From: an uncultured bacterium
GTDB taxonomy: Bacteria; DYJV01
DNA: 41,998 nt
Direction of reading: 5' to 3'
NCBI GenBank assembly: GCA_964543655.1
Contig: CAZIZE010000015.1
Coordinates: forward strand, 1-41,998
Positions 9,973-19,543 of the stretch are shown here, in pieces. The number at the start of each line of letters is the position of its first letter. Position 1 is the stretch's first letter. The position numbers and the translations under genes are program-made. The notes beneath the pieces were generated by a model. It was not told the origin of the DNA, made no database searches, and saw only the letters and a program-made list of their open reading frames with translations.

Positions 9973-10786
9973 CTCTTTTTATAATTCTTTTATCTTCAGA
10001 AATAGGAGGAGGTGCTTCTTTTCCGATTAATTTAGAAATAGAATCAAATGGGCATGCTTCAAAGCAGGTGCCACATTTAATACATTTTTCTTGATTAATA
10101 ATATGAACAAGGTTTTTGCCACCGTTAATTGCATCCACCGGACATCTTCTGGAGCAGATACCACATGCTTTACATTTATCAGGTTCTATATAGTATGAAG
10201 GAACAGTGTTGAACATATCTTCAATTTCTTCTACAGTAAAAAAATTCTCCCTTTTTTCTGGATCAAGTAGTGGTGTGCCAAGTTTTTCTCTTTTACAAAT
10301 TTTTATGTAAGGTGTTAGTTTTAAAAGAGAGTTAAATTTAGCTTTTGTTTCTTCATCTGTAAAGCCTTCACTTATGCCAAGTTTACCAATCTCTCTAATT
10401 TTTTTTGTAAAATCATCAACAGTGTCTGCAAATTTATTACCATCAGCAGCTGACATAAATTCTATTCTAATCCTATCTGGATTAATACCATTATACCTTA
10501 AAATGTTTTTGCAGAGTAAAACCATATTTAGTGCATGATAATTGCCATTGGTAGTATAATTGCACTCATCAAGCTTGCATGCACCAATATATACTCCGTC
10601 AGCACCATTTAAAAATGATTTGAATACAAAGGAAAGGTCAACCCTTCCACTGCACATAACCCTAATTAATCTTATTTCGTTGGAATATTGTATTCTGGAA
10701 ACTCCAGCAAGGTCTGCAGCTCCATAACCTCACCAGTGACATACAAAACCAATTATTTTAGGCTTAAATTTAACTGCTGCACTCAT
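9953..10786 (-). CDS. bamF: MvhD-like class II BCR subunit, selenocysteine at codon 19, fused to a C-terminal 2x[4Fe-4S] ferredoxin domain (277 aa)
   Basis: ATG at 10786 after SD GGAG. Reads [21 protein letters not shown](10730-10732)[15 protein letters not shown]...RVMCSGRVD, so the TGA replaces the second Cys of the MvhD CxxC motif. Hairpin CTGGA-GTT-TCCAG at +23..+35 (10695-10707). Confidence 0.92.
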
Positions 10787-10803
10787 GTTTTATTAACTCC
10801 TTT

Positions 10804-13800
10804 CTAATGTATGGTTCCAAATAGCCCGTCTATTTCATTAATTATCTGCTCATCAGTGTAATGTTTAATGGTTATTGCACCTGTAGGGCATTTAGAGTTG
10901 CAAAGGCCGTCACCTTTGCAAAGAACTGGATTAACCCTTGCTTTTTTAACTTTTTTAACAGTAACCAGCTCTAACGCATCGTAATTGCAGACTTCCACAC
11001 ATGCTCCGCAACCCATGCATTTATCCTCATTAATACTGCACACAGCACCGGAAACAGTTACTTTGTCATGGGAAATCAGGGTGATTACTCTTCCTGCTGC
11101 TCCATAAGCCTGATTAATAACTTCCTGAATATGTTTTGGATAGTGTGCTGAGCCACACAGGAAAACGCCATCTGAGCTAAAATCAACAGGTCGTAATTTT
11201 ACATGTGCTTCCTGAAAGAATCCATCAGGACTCAAACCAACTTTAAAAAGTTGTGCTATTTCTATATTTTCATCTGAAGGCACAACAGCAGTTGATAATA
11301 TAATAAGATCTGCATCTATTTCAAGGTTTTTACCAATAATAGGTTCATAAACATAGAGTTTAAAATTATCTGATTCCATTTTAACTTCTGGCTTGTTTTC
11401 CAGCTCATATCTAATAAATCTTACATTCATTTCAGCAGCTTTTCTGTAATAATCCTCCCTGTAACCATACATTCTCATATCTCTGTAAAGAATGTATACA
11501 TCCATATCAGGATTAATTTCTTTAAGCTTTATTGCGTTTTTTACAGCCTGTGAGCAACAAATTCGTGAGCAGTAATTTCTCTCCTCATTTCTGCAACCAA
11601 CGCACTGAATCATTACAACTGATTCAATATTGGATAAAGATTCTTCATTAATAGCAATTTTTGATTCTAATTCAGATTGGGTAAGTACATTTTCACTTTC
11701 ATTGTAAAAATATTCATCAGGTTTATACTCAACAGACCCTGTTGCAATAACAGTAGCACCATGAATAATATCTTTTGTAAATCCATTAGATTTTATTTTT
11801 GTAGAAAAATTTCCAATATAGCCTGATGCCTCTTCAATTGTTGCATTAGTGTAAACATGTATTAAAGGATGCTTGTAAACATCTGCTTTAAGCTGGTTTA
11901 AAAATTTTTGAACATCAAACCCTTCAATAGTGTAATAGAGAGAGTTTGCTTTACCACCAAGCTCTTTCTCCTTTTCAACAAGATAAACATCAAACCCTTG
12001 CTTAGCAATGCTAAGGGCTGTTGTCATTCCAGCAACTCCGCCACCAAGAATAAGAACATTTTTATTAACAGAAAGCTCTATTTCCTGTAATGGTTCAAGG
12101 TGGAGTGCTCTTGCAAGAGACATTTTAATTAGATCTTTTGATTTTTCTGTAGCTGCTTCCTTCTCTTTTGAGTGAACCCATGAGCAATGCTCTCTAATGT
12201 TTGCCATATCTACAAAGTATTGATTTATGCCTGCTTCTCTTAATGAATCTTTGAAAGTAGCTTCAAGATTACGTGGACTGCAAGCTGCAACAATTACCCT
12301 GTTTAAATTTTTCTCCTTAATAACATCGGTAATTTCTTGTGCAGAACTTGTTGAGCATGAAAAGAGCTGCTCCTGAGCATGAACAACATAGGGTAAAGTT
12401 TTGCAAAATTCCACAACATGTGGTACATCAACAACCCTACCAATATTAGCACCACAATGACAGACAAATATACCAACTCGTGGCTCCTCTCCTGAGACAT
12501 CCCTTTCAGGTGGATACACTCTATCCTCTGTTAATTTATTTCGTCTGAAATTGAGATACTCTCCACATTGAGATACAGCACCACTTGCAGTAAAAACAGT
12601 TTCTGGAATATCAACAGGTCCCTGAAAAGCTCCTGTAACAAATATTCCTGGTTTTCTGGTTTTTATTAAATTAAAATTTTCAGTCTGACAAAAACCATGT
12701 TCATTTAATTCTATTCCAAATTTTTCAGCTATTATTTTAGCATCTTTTGCTGGTGTAAGACCAACACTTAATACCACCATTTCAAATTCTTCCTCTTTAA
12801 CCCCTTCATTTGGGGTAGAGTATCTTATTTTAATATTTTTATTTTCAGGATTTTCACCTGTTATAGTAACGTAGCTTCTAATAAATCTAACATCAGGAAG
12901 ATTTTTAGCTCTTTCATAATATCTTTCAAAATCTTTTCCATAAGCTCTGATGTCATTATGAAAAATAGTACATTGCACATCTGGATAGTGATCTTTGGTA
13001 AGCATTAATTGTTTCTGAGTATATGTACAACATACAGCAGAGCAGTAACTATGTGCTCCTTCCAATACTTGACGTGAACCAACACATTGAATCCAGGCAA
13101 TTTTCTTTGGATGTTTTAAATCTGAAGGTCTTAAAATTTCCCCTTCATAAGGGCCAGTTGAGCTTAAAATTCTTTCAAAATCCATACTTGTAACAATATT
13201 TTGATATTTACCATAACAGTACTCTTCACGAAGAGTTGGGTCAAATGGTTCAAAACCTGTTGAAAAAATAATAGATGCAACATTTACCTCAAGCTCTTCT
13301 TCGTGCTGTGTAAAATCTATTGCACCATTTTCACAAACAGCTTCACAAATACCACATTTATTTTCTTTTAGATAGAGGCAGTTATCCTCATCTATGTAGC
13401 TAATCAGTGGTATTGCCTGAGAAAAGTATATATGCACAGCTTTATTCATATTAAGTTCCTGATTAAATGGATCAGGAATCTTTATTGGGCAATATTCAAC
13501 ACAGGTGCCACAACCAGTACATTCATCCTCTATAATGTAACGTGGCTTTTTACGGAGCTTTACTTTAAAATCTCCATTTGTGCCCTTAACATCTTCAATC
13601 TCTGTATATGTTAACACTTCAATATTTTGATGCCGGCCGACCTCGACCAGTTTTGGTGAAAGAATTCAGATGGAGCACTCATTTGTTGGAAAAGTTTTAT
13701 CAAGTTGAGCCATATGCCCACCAATAGCTGGTAATTTCTCAACAAGATAAACTTTAAAACCAGAGTTAGCAAGGTCAAGAGAGGCTTGAATGCCACTGAT

Positions 13801-13887
13801 TCCACCACCAACAACCATTACATCGCCAAAATTTCTCTCTTTTAATTTCTCTATTAGAAGTTGACCTTCTATAGATTCAATTTTCAC
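10804..13887 (-). CDS. bamE: HdrA-like double-FAD Fe-S subunit of class II BCR, selenocysteine at codon 74 (1027 aa)
   Basis: ORFs 13666..13887 and 10804..13617 are one frame: GGGISG...[14 protein letters not shown](13666-13668)[12 protein letters not shown]. The TGA is at the conserved HdrA Cys. Two HdrA modules are present (QCVGSR/CSAVCC; QCVGCR/CSRICC; second GGGVAG). Confidence 0.93.
13633..13650 (-). promoter_or_regulatory. bacterial SECIS-like hairpin of bamE
   Basis: CUGGUCG-AGGU-CGGCCGG starts 16 nt after the UGA. It is a GC-rich patch built from codons that are rare in this AT-rich DNA. Confidence 0.8.
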
Positions 13888-13914
13888 TTTAAACTACCTC
13901 CACTCTTTTCTATC

Positions 13915-14679
13915 TTATGAATTATAACCCAATCTCTCAGGGTATGTAAATACAACAAGTTTTCTCTCCTTAATATGACCTACTAAAGTAATTCCCAATT
14001 CTTTTCCAATAGCAATTGCATTCTCAGTAGGAATCTTCAAAGTGCACGTAATAGGGATATTCATATTTGATGCTTTTAGTAACATTTCTGTGGAAATTCT
14101 ACCTGTTGTTAAAATAATTTTATCCTCTGTGTTAATATTTTTTAAAACAGCTTCACCTAAAATCTTATCAAAAGTATTGTGCCGTCCTATATCTTCTGCA
14201 ACAGTTATAACTTTATCATTATCAGCAAGAGCTGATGCATGAATTCCACCACTAATTTTGTAAATTTCCATTCTTGCATACATATCTTCAACATATGAGA
14301 ATATTTTTTCTGGTTCTATTTTTAATGCAGATTTAACAATAGTTCCTTCTGTTTTAAACATTGTACCCTTGCCAAAGCCAGAGGTGAGAATTTTACCATC
14401 TGGTAATTTAATATTTTTTTTTAACTGAATGTAAGCTATATAATTTTTATTATCAATTTTAAAATCAGTAATATCAACTAAATTGTTAATAATCCCCTCT
14501 GCAAATAAGAATCCAATAACAAGATATTTTAATTTATGTGGTGTTGCCAGTATGCTAACAAATCGGGAATTATTAATATAAATCTGAAGTTTAATCTCTT
14601 TTGGCGCTTTAATATTAAGCTTTTCCCACTTTTTATTAAAAAATGCAAAACCTTCCAATGATTTTGTAAGATTTTCCAT
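13915..14679 (-). CDS. fdhD: FdhD-family Mo/W-cofactor accessory protein
   Basis: LVIGFLFAEGII, GGIHASAL, EDIGRHNTFDKILG, TTGRISTEMLLKA. Confidence 0.9.
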   Translation of the reverse strand: MENLTKSLEGFAFFNKKWEKLNIKAPKEIKLQIYINNSRFVSILATPHKLKYLVIGFLFAEGIINNLVDITDFKIDNKNYIAYIQLKKNIKLPDGKILTSGFGKGTMFKTEGTIVKSALKIEPEKIFSYVEDMYARMEIYKISGGIHASALADNDKVITVAEDIGRHNTFDKILGEAVLKNINTEDKIILTTGRISTEMLLKASNMNIPITCTLKIPTENAIAIGKELGITLVGHIKERKLVVFTYPERLGYNS

Positions 14680-14682
14680 AAA

Positions 14683-15834
14683 TTAAATTACTTCCATTAA
14701 AATTTCAGTAATATCTTTAATCTCTATTTTATCTTCAAGTCCCATAACAACTCTACTGTCTTCAAACATGGAGATACAGTAAGGGCATGCTGTTATTAAA
14801 ATTTCAGCACCTGTTTTAACAGCTTGTTCAAGTCTTAAATTAGAAAAACGTTCCTCTTTGGCTGTTTCCATCCAAACTCTACCACCGCCGCCACCACAGC
14901 AGAGGCTATTTATCCCATACTCTTCCATTTCAACAAGTTCAAGCTCAGGAATGCTTTTTAATATTTCTCTTGGTTCATTAATTATTCCATTGTGTCGTCC
15001 AAGATAACAGGGATCATGGTAGGTAACTTTTTTATTTAATGCTTTATTGATTTTTAATTTCCCTGATTGAATTAAATTGCATATTAACTCTGTTATATGA
15101 GTTATTTCAAAGTTAACCATAAATTCTGGATATTCATTTTTAAAAGTATGATAACAGTGTGGAGAGGAAACTAAAATCTTTTTAACACCATTATCAATGA
15201 ATGTCTTTATATTTTCTTTTGCTAAATTTTGAAAAAGCTCTTCATCACCTGTTTTCCTGATACTTTCACCGCAGCAACTTTCTTTACTGCCAAGTATTCC
15301 AAAGCTAACATTGGCTTTTTTCAAAATATTAGCTGTGGCTATTGCCACATTTTTTAATCTTTTATCATAGCTTGGATAACAGCATGGGAAGTAAAGATAC
15401 TCTTTGCTTTTAGAAAAACTTTTTGCAGGTGTTCCTTTTGCCCATTTACCTCTTAATTTTCTCTCCTCACCAAATGGATTACCCTCAGCAACAAGACCAC
15501 CAATAATGGTTTTAACAGGTTTGACAGCTGGTGGAAATACCTGATATTCTGTACCAATCCTTCTAAGTGCAACTCCTACTTCAATTTGATTTACTCCTCT
15601 TGGACATCTCTGAACACACCTGCCACATGTGGTGCAGAACCAAATATCTTCACTTTCTATCTGAAAAACACCATAATTTGATTCATTCATTATTTTTCTA
15701 ATACTGAAATTTCTAACTTTATTCCATGGGCATACAGTATCGCAGATACCACATTGATAGCAAAATTTGGAAATTTCTCCACCACTATCCCTGATCTCTT
15801 CTACTATTTCCTTGAAAGGTGTTACAGTTTCCAC
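14683..15834 (-). CDS. bamD: HdrC/HdrB(D)-like Fe-S subunit of class II BCR
   Basis: CYQCGICDTVCP, CTTCGRCVQRCP, two CCG domains (ESCCG, YHDPCYLGR, CCGGGGG, TACPYC); GTG start with SD GAGGAG. Confidence 0.92.
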   Translation of the reverse strand: METVTPFKEIVEEIRDSGGEISKFCYQCGICDTVCPWNKVRNFSIRKIMNESNYGVFQIESEDIWFCTTCGRCVQRCPRGVNQIEVGVALRRIGTEYQVFPPAVKPVKTIIGGLVAEGNPFGEERKLRGKWAKGTPAKSFSKSKEYLYFPCCYPSYDKRLKNVAIATANILKKANVSFGILGSKESCCGESIRKTGDEELFQNLAKENIKTFIDNGVKKILVSSPHCYHTFKNEYPEFMVNFEITHITELICNLIQSGKLKINKALNKKVTYHDPCYLGRHNGIINEPREILKSIPELELVEMEEYGINSLCCGGGGGRVWMETAKEERFSNLRLEQAVKTGAEILITACPYCISMFEDSRVVMGLEDKIEIKDITEILMEVI

Positions 15835-15863
15835 TGTTATGAGCTCCTCTCTTTAATTCATAA

Positions 15864-16415
15864 TCATTTTTGAGTCTTTTTGGTTATTCTTGCAATGCTG
15901 TCAATAACTTTTTCAATGCCATATTTGTCAATTAAAGATTCAACAGCAACTTCCATTTCATTTAACTCAACCTCTTCATCATACTCTTCTTCTCTTTCCT
16001 CATAAATGAGAGCATCCAATTTACACCACTGCACGCACATTGGTTTTTCAAGATCAGGATCATCTTCGCACATATCGCATCTAAGTGGTAATCCAGAGTC
16101 TGGTTCTTTAAAAAGCTCTCTTGCAGGGCATGATGCATTGCAAAAATTACATTCACCATACTCTCTACCATCTATAATATAGGAAGGTCTACCTGCACAT
16201 TCAGATTTGGTGTAAGCTCCAGCTCTTATTGGTAAAAAAACATTTCTCAACTCATCTCTAATAACTCTAATTCTGGATCTTGCAGGGTTTATGCTGCTAT
16301 ACTTGGGTGTGGCATGAAAAGCAGCGCATGCTATTTCGCAAGATTTGCATCCAATACATTTTTCAATGTCAACCTTTATTGTTTTGATTATCCTTGTTTT
16401 TTTATTGCTGCTCAC
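15864..16415 (-). CDS. bamC: ferredoxin-like subunit of class II BCR
   Basis: CIGCKSCEIAC, FHATPKYSSINPARSRI, CNFCNASCP, FKEPDSGLPLRCDMC. Start moved to GTG 16415, which follows SD AAGGAG. Confidence 0.92.
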   Translation of the reverse strand: MSSNKKTRIIKTIKVDIEKCIGCKSCEIACAAFHATPKYSSINPARSRIRVIRDELRNVFLPIRAGAYTKSECAGRPSYIIDGREYGECNFCNASCPARELFKEPDSGLPLRCDMCEDDPDLEKPMCVQWCKLDALIYEEREEEYDEEVELNEMEVAVESLIDKYGIEKVIDSIARITKKTQK

Positions 16416-16429
16416 AGTGAATTCTCCTT

Positions 16430-18412
16430 TCACTTTGTTTCTTCTTCAGATTCTTTTAAAATACCTCTTTCCACTAATTCATCGTACACATAATCAAGCT
16501 TTAATTTGTAAAGAGTTTCTTTGGTTGGAACACCATCTTTGTTCCATCCTCTATATTTATAATACTCTTCAAGAAGTTTTGCTTCATACTCTGGAAATCT
16601 TTTTTTCCAATGATCCTCTGGAGGTTTTTCATCTTCTCTTCTTAAGCCTTCTCTAAAATTAATTGCTCTGATTAAGGTTCTTACCCTTGTTGCTGCTTCC
16701 CATAATTTGTCTTCATCAAAATCAAGGCCAGTGCCATATTTTACAAAAAGTGGAAGATTATGGATATGATATGCTGGTTTTAATGGAAATGAGGACAGTC
16801 CAGCACATAATCCAAGGCAATCATCTATGTAATGCATAATTTCCTGCCATTCAACAAGTTCGCATACTAAATCAATTGAAGGCCAGAATGGGAATACTTT
16901 ACCTTCATCTCCCCATTCAAGTATGAAATTTTTAAACCTTTCCTCTTTTCCAGTTGGAATATGTACCCAATCTCTAACAAATTCTTCCCTGTCCTCTTTT
17001 TTTAATGGTGCTTGAGGTATTTGACCTTCAATTTGAGTAATATTAATTTTTTCACCAGTTGACCACATAAGGTAGTATATTGGGTTAAGCATGCCAAGTT
17101 TAATTGGAATTTGTTCATGTTTTTTAATTGTGTTATGATCATATTTTTCAGCACCTTTGCCGATTTCTCTTGCTGCCCAGTAAACACCTTTTGCAAGAAT
17201 ATCACCTATTCCTTCTCGTTTAACAATCATATCAAGTAAGTAGAAAAATCTTTCTCTATTATCCTTTGGGAAATTAGGGAGCTCTTTATCTGTTAAAATT
17301 CCATCATCATACAGCTCAACAGCAAAAGCCATAACCTGTGGAGCTGTGTAACCATCGATACCGTAGGACTGGGCAAGAGATGCGATTTTTATACCAAACT
17401 CAAGATCATCAGCCATAGCAGCCATAACGTATGTTAATTTGGAGAAACATTTCATTACATAAGTAGGAAATCCCGGTAATTCAAGTATACCGTGGCATTT
17501 TGCAGGGCAATTGTAACAACCAATTAATTTTTTTCTTGCATTTTCCATTGTCTCTCGCCACTGCTCTTCTATTTCATCATTCCAGAAATCTTTCCTTCTG
17601 TATCGAGCATTTCCCCATGCAAAACTTATAGTGTGCCATTTTTCATCGTGAACAGCCATTTCTTGTGGTGAGCCTATCATTGAAAGAATTCCGGGTATTC
17701 CGGGCAAAGGGTTTTCAAGTCTATGGTTTATGTAATCAAGAATTTTAGTGGATTCTTCCATAAATGGGAGAGGTTCTGCTATATTTAAATCTTTTGTACC
17801 TCTAACCATTATTGCCTTGAGGTTTTTATCTCCCATAATTGCACCAAGTCCCAATCTACTTGCGCTGCTTGTCTCTGTTTCAATTGATGCAAAATATACT
17901 CTATTTTCACCAGCAAGACCAATTGCAAGACCTTGTGCATAAGGCTCATCAAGCTCTTTTTTTAAAGTGGTAATTGTGTCGTATGTACTTTTTCCTTTAA
18001 GATGAGATGCGTCTCTTAGCTCAACCTGATTGTTGTGAATCCATAAGTATACAGGGGTGGGGGATTTACCTTTAATTATAATTTTATCATATCCAGCATA
18101 TTTTAGCTCAGGTGCAAAATATCCTCCCATCATGGAGAATGCAAGCAGTCCAGTTTGAGGGGAGATTGATGTAATCATTGTTCTGTTAGCTCCAGGAGCA
18201 GGAGTGCCACATAATAAACCAGCACTAAAAATTATTAAGTTATCCTCTGAAAAGGGCTCTATTTCTGGAGGCACTCTATCCCAGATAATTTTTGCATTAG
18301 TTCCCAGGCCACCAAGATAAAGCTCTGTCAATTGCGGGTCGCTTTCTACTCGTTCAATTGTACCTTTGGAAAGGTCAATTTCTAAATAATATCCTGTTTC
18401 TGCATACCTCAT
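16430..18412 (-). CDS. bamB: class II benzoyl-CoA reductase tungstopterin active-site subunit (AOR family)
   Basis: MRYAETGY start, SPQEMAVHDEKWHT, MKCF (W-ligating Cys), TGEKINITQIEGQ, CAGLSSFPLKP; matches BamB of Geobacter metallireducens as recalled. Confidence 0.96.
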   Translation of the reverse strand: MRYAETGYYLEIDLSKGTIERVESDPQLTELYLGGLGTNAKIIWDRVPPEIEPFSEDNLIIFSAGLLCGTPAPGANRTMITSISPQTGLLAFSMMGGYFAPELKYAGYDKIIIKGKSPTPVYLWIHNNQVELRDASHLKGKSTYDTITTLKKELDEPYAQGLAIGLAGENRVYFASIETETSSASRLGLGAIMGDKNLKAIMVRGTKDLNIAEPLPFMEESTKILDYINHRLENPLPGIPGILSMIGSPQEMAVHDEKWHTISFAWGNARYRRKDFWNDEIEEQWRETMENARKKLIGCYNCPAKCHGILELPGFPTYVMKCFSKLTYVMAAMADDLEFGIKIASLAQSYGIDGYTAPQVMAFAVELYDDGILTDKELPNFPKDNRERFFYLLDMIVKREGIGDILAKGVYWAAREIGKGAEKYDHNTIKKHEQIPIKLGMLNPIYYLMWSTGEKINITQIEGQIPQAPLKKEDREEFVRDWVHIPTGKEERFKNFILEWGDEGKVFPFWPSIDLVCELVEWQEIMHYIDDCLGLCAGLSSFPLKPAYHIHNLPLFVKYGTGLDFDEDKLWEAATRVRTLIRAINFREGLRREDEKPPEDHWKKRFPEYEAKLLEEYYKYRGWNKDGVPTKETLYKLKLDYVYDELVERGILKESEEETK

Positions 18413-18458
18413 TTTATACTCCTCTTTTTTAAATGCATAATTGTCAAATTAATTTGCT

Positions 18459-18474
18459 TGCAAGGGTTGTGCCA
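18459..18474 (-). promoter_or_regulatory. sigma54 promoter of the bamB operon
   Basis: Minus strand reads TGGCACAACCCTTGCA. Confidence 0.9.
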
Positions 18475-18541
18475 TATAACTGTTTAAATATTTGTTGGAA
18501 TAAATAAAATAAATTTGCAGATTTTTCTATAAAAAAATATT

Positions 18542-18604
18542 TGTTTAAAAAAATATACTGTATAAAATTGTATTCATAAACTTAAAAGTATAAAATTGTA
18601 TACA
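18542..18604. promoter_or_regulatory. TGT-N12-ACA-like sites upstream of the bamB promoter
   Basis: TGTATAAAATTGTATTCA (18559-18576) and AGTATAAAATTGTATACA (18587-18604), 28 bp apart; weaker TGTTTAAAAAAATATACT (18542-18559). Confidence 0.6.
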
Positions 18605-18671
18605 ATAAAATGGGGATAGAATGATGCAGAATGGGAGTGAAAGGTTTTGTTTTGTGGTTTAAATAAATATG

Positions 18672-18794
18672 TAATACAAAACCAACCTTGAATCAAGAGA
18701 TTTTTCGGGCTGAAGCCCTCAAAATGACAGCTTTTATGATAAATAGGAGCACTTGTAAAAAAATTACTGAAGGATTTTACATTTGGTTTTGTAT
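18672..18794. repeat. ~125-bp structured element with terminal inverted repeats, copy 1 (MITE-like or ncRNA)
   Basis: ATACAAAACCAA...TTGGTTTTGTAT ends, internal hairpins; near-identical copy at 41831-41955. Confidence 0.85.
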
Positions 18795-18931
18795 AAGGTG
18801 GTGTTAATCTATTGTTTGCCAATCACTGAATGGATTTTGTATAAAAATAAATTTCTTGAAAAAAAAAGAATATTAAGTTAAGGGTGTAATATAAGGGGTA
18901 GTCTATTCTAAATCAATTCTGGAGGAGTTAC

Positions 18932-19528
18932 ATGAAGATAAAAAGAATCATAGTTAGTGTCTCTGATAAATCAGGTGTTGTTGAGTTTGTTAATAAGTTA
19001 GTAAATCTTGGTGTTGAAGAAATACTTTCAACAGGGGGGACAGCTAAGGTCTTGAAAGAAAGTGGTTTGAAAGTAAAAGATGTTTCTGAATACACAGGCT
19101 TTCCTGAAATGATGAATGGTAGGGTTAAAACCTTGCATCCTAAGGTGCATGGTGGAATACTTGCCATTAGAGATAATAAAGAGCATATGTTGCAGGCAGA
19201 GGAGAATAATGTTGCTATGATAGATATGGTTGTTGTTAATCTGTATCCATTTTATAAAACAATTTCAGACCCTGCTTCAACTTTTGACGATGCAATTGAG
19301 AATATTGATATTGGTGGCCCCACTCTTATTAGAGCAGCAGCTAAAAACTTTAAATATGTTGTTGTTGTTATAGATCCATTGGATTATGAAAAAGTTTTAT
19401 CAGAATTAGAAGATAGTGGAGATGTTTCATATGAAACCAGACTCTACCTTGCAGCTAAAGTTTTTAAAGCTATAAGTGAATATGATAGAACAATATCAGA
19501 ATATTTAGAAAAACATCTAAAAAAATAA
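18932..19528 (+). CDS. purH: IMP cyclohydrolase domain of PurH only (no AICAR transformylase domain)
   Basis: SVSDKSG, STGGTA, GRVKTLHP, VVNLYPF, IDIGGP, RAAAKN; ends cleanly at 198 aa just before purD. Confidence 0.88.
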   Translation: MKIKRIIVSVSDKSGVVEFVNKLVNLGVEEILSTGGTAKVLKESGLKVKDVSEYTGFPEMMNGRVKTLHPKVHGGILAIRDNKEHMLQAEENNVAMIDMVVVNLYPFYKTISDPASTFDDAIENIDIGGPTLIRAAAKNFKYVVVVIDPLDYEKVLSELEDSGDVSYETRLYLAAKVFKAISEYDRTISEYLEKHLKK

Positions 19529-19543
19529 TTTACAGGAGGTGTT

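Noticed and set aside
10741-10752. ATACAAAACCAA identical to the end of the duplicated element
   Set aside because: It lies inside bamF, encoding conserved IGFVC, with no partner end; most likely chance.
18672-18931. ZMP/ZTP riboswitch or other known riboswitch upstream of purH
   Set aside because: The conserved ZTP elements (e.g. the 3' CGCCUGGGC segment) are not present, and the structured element here recurs at an unrelated locus.
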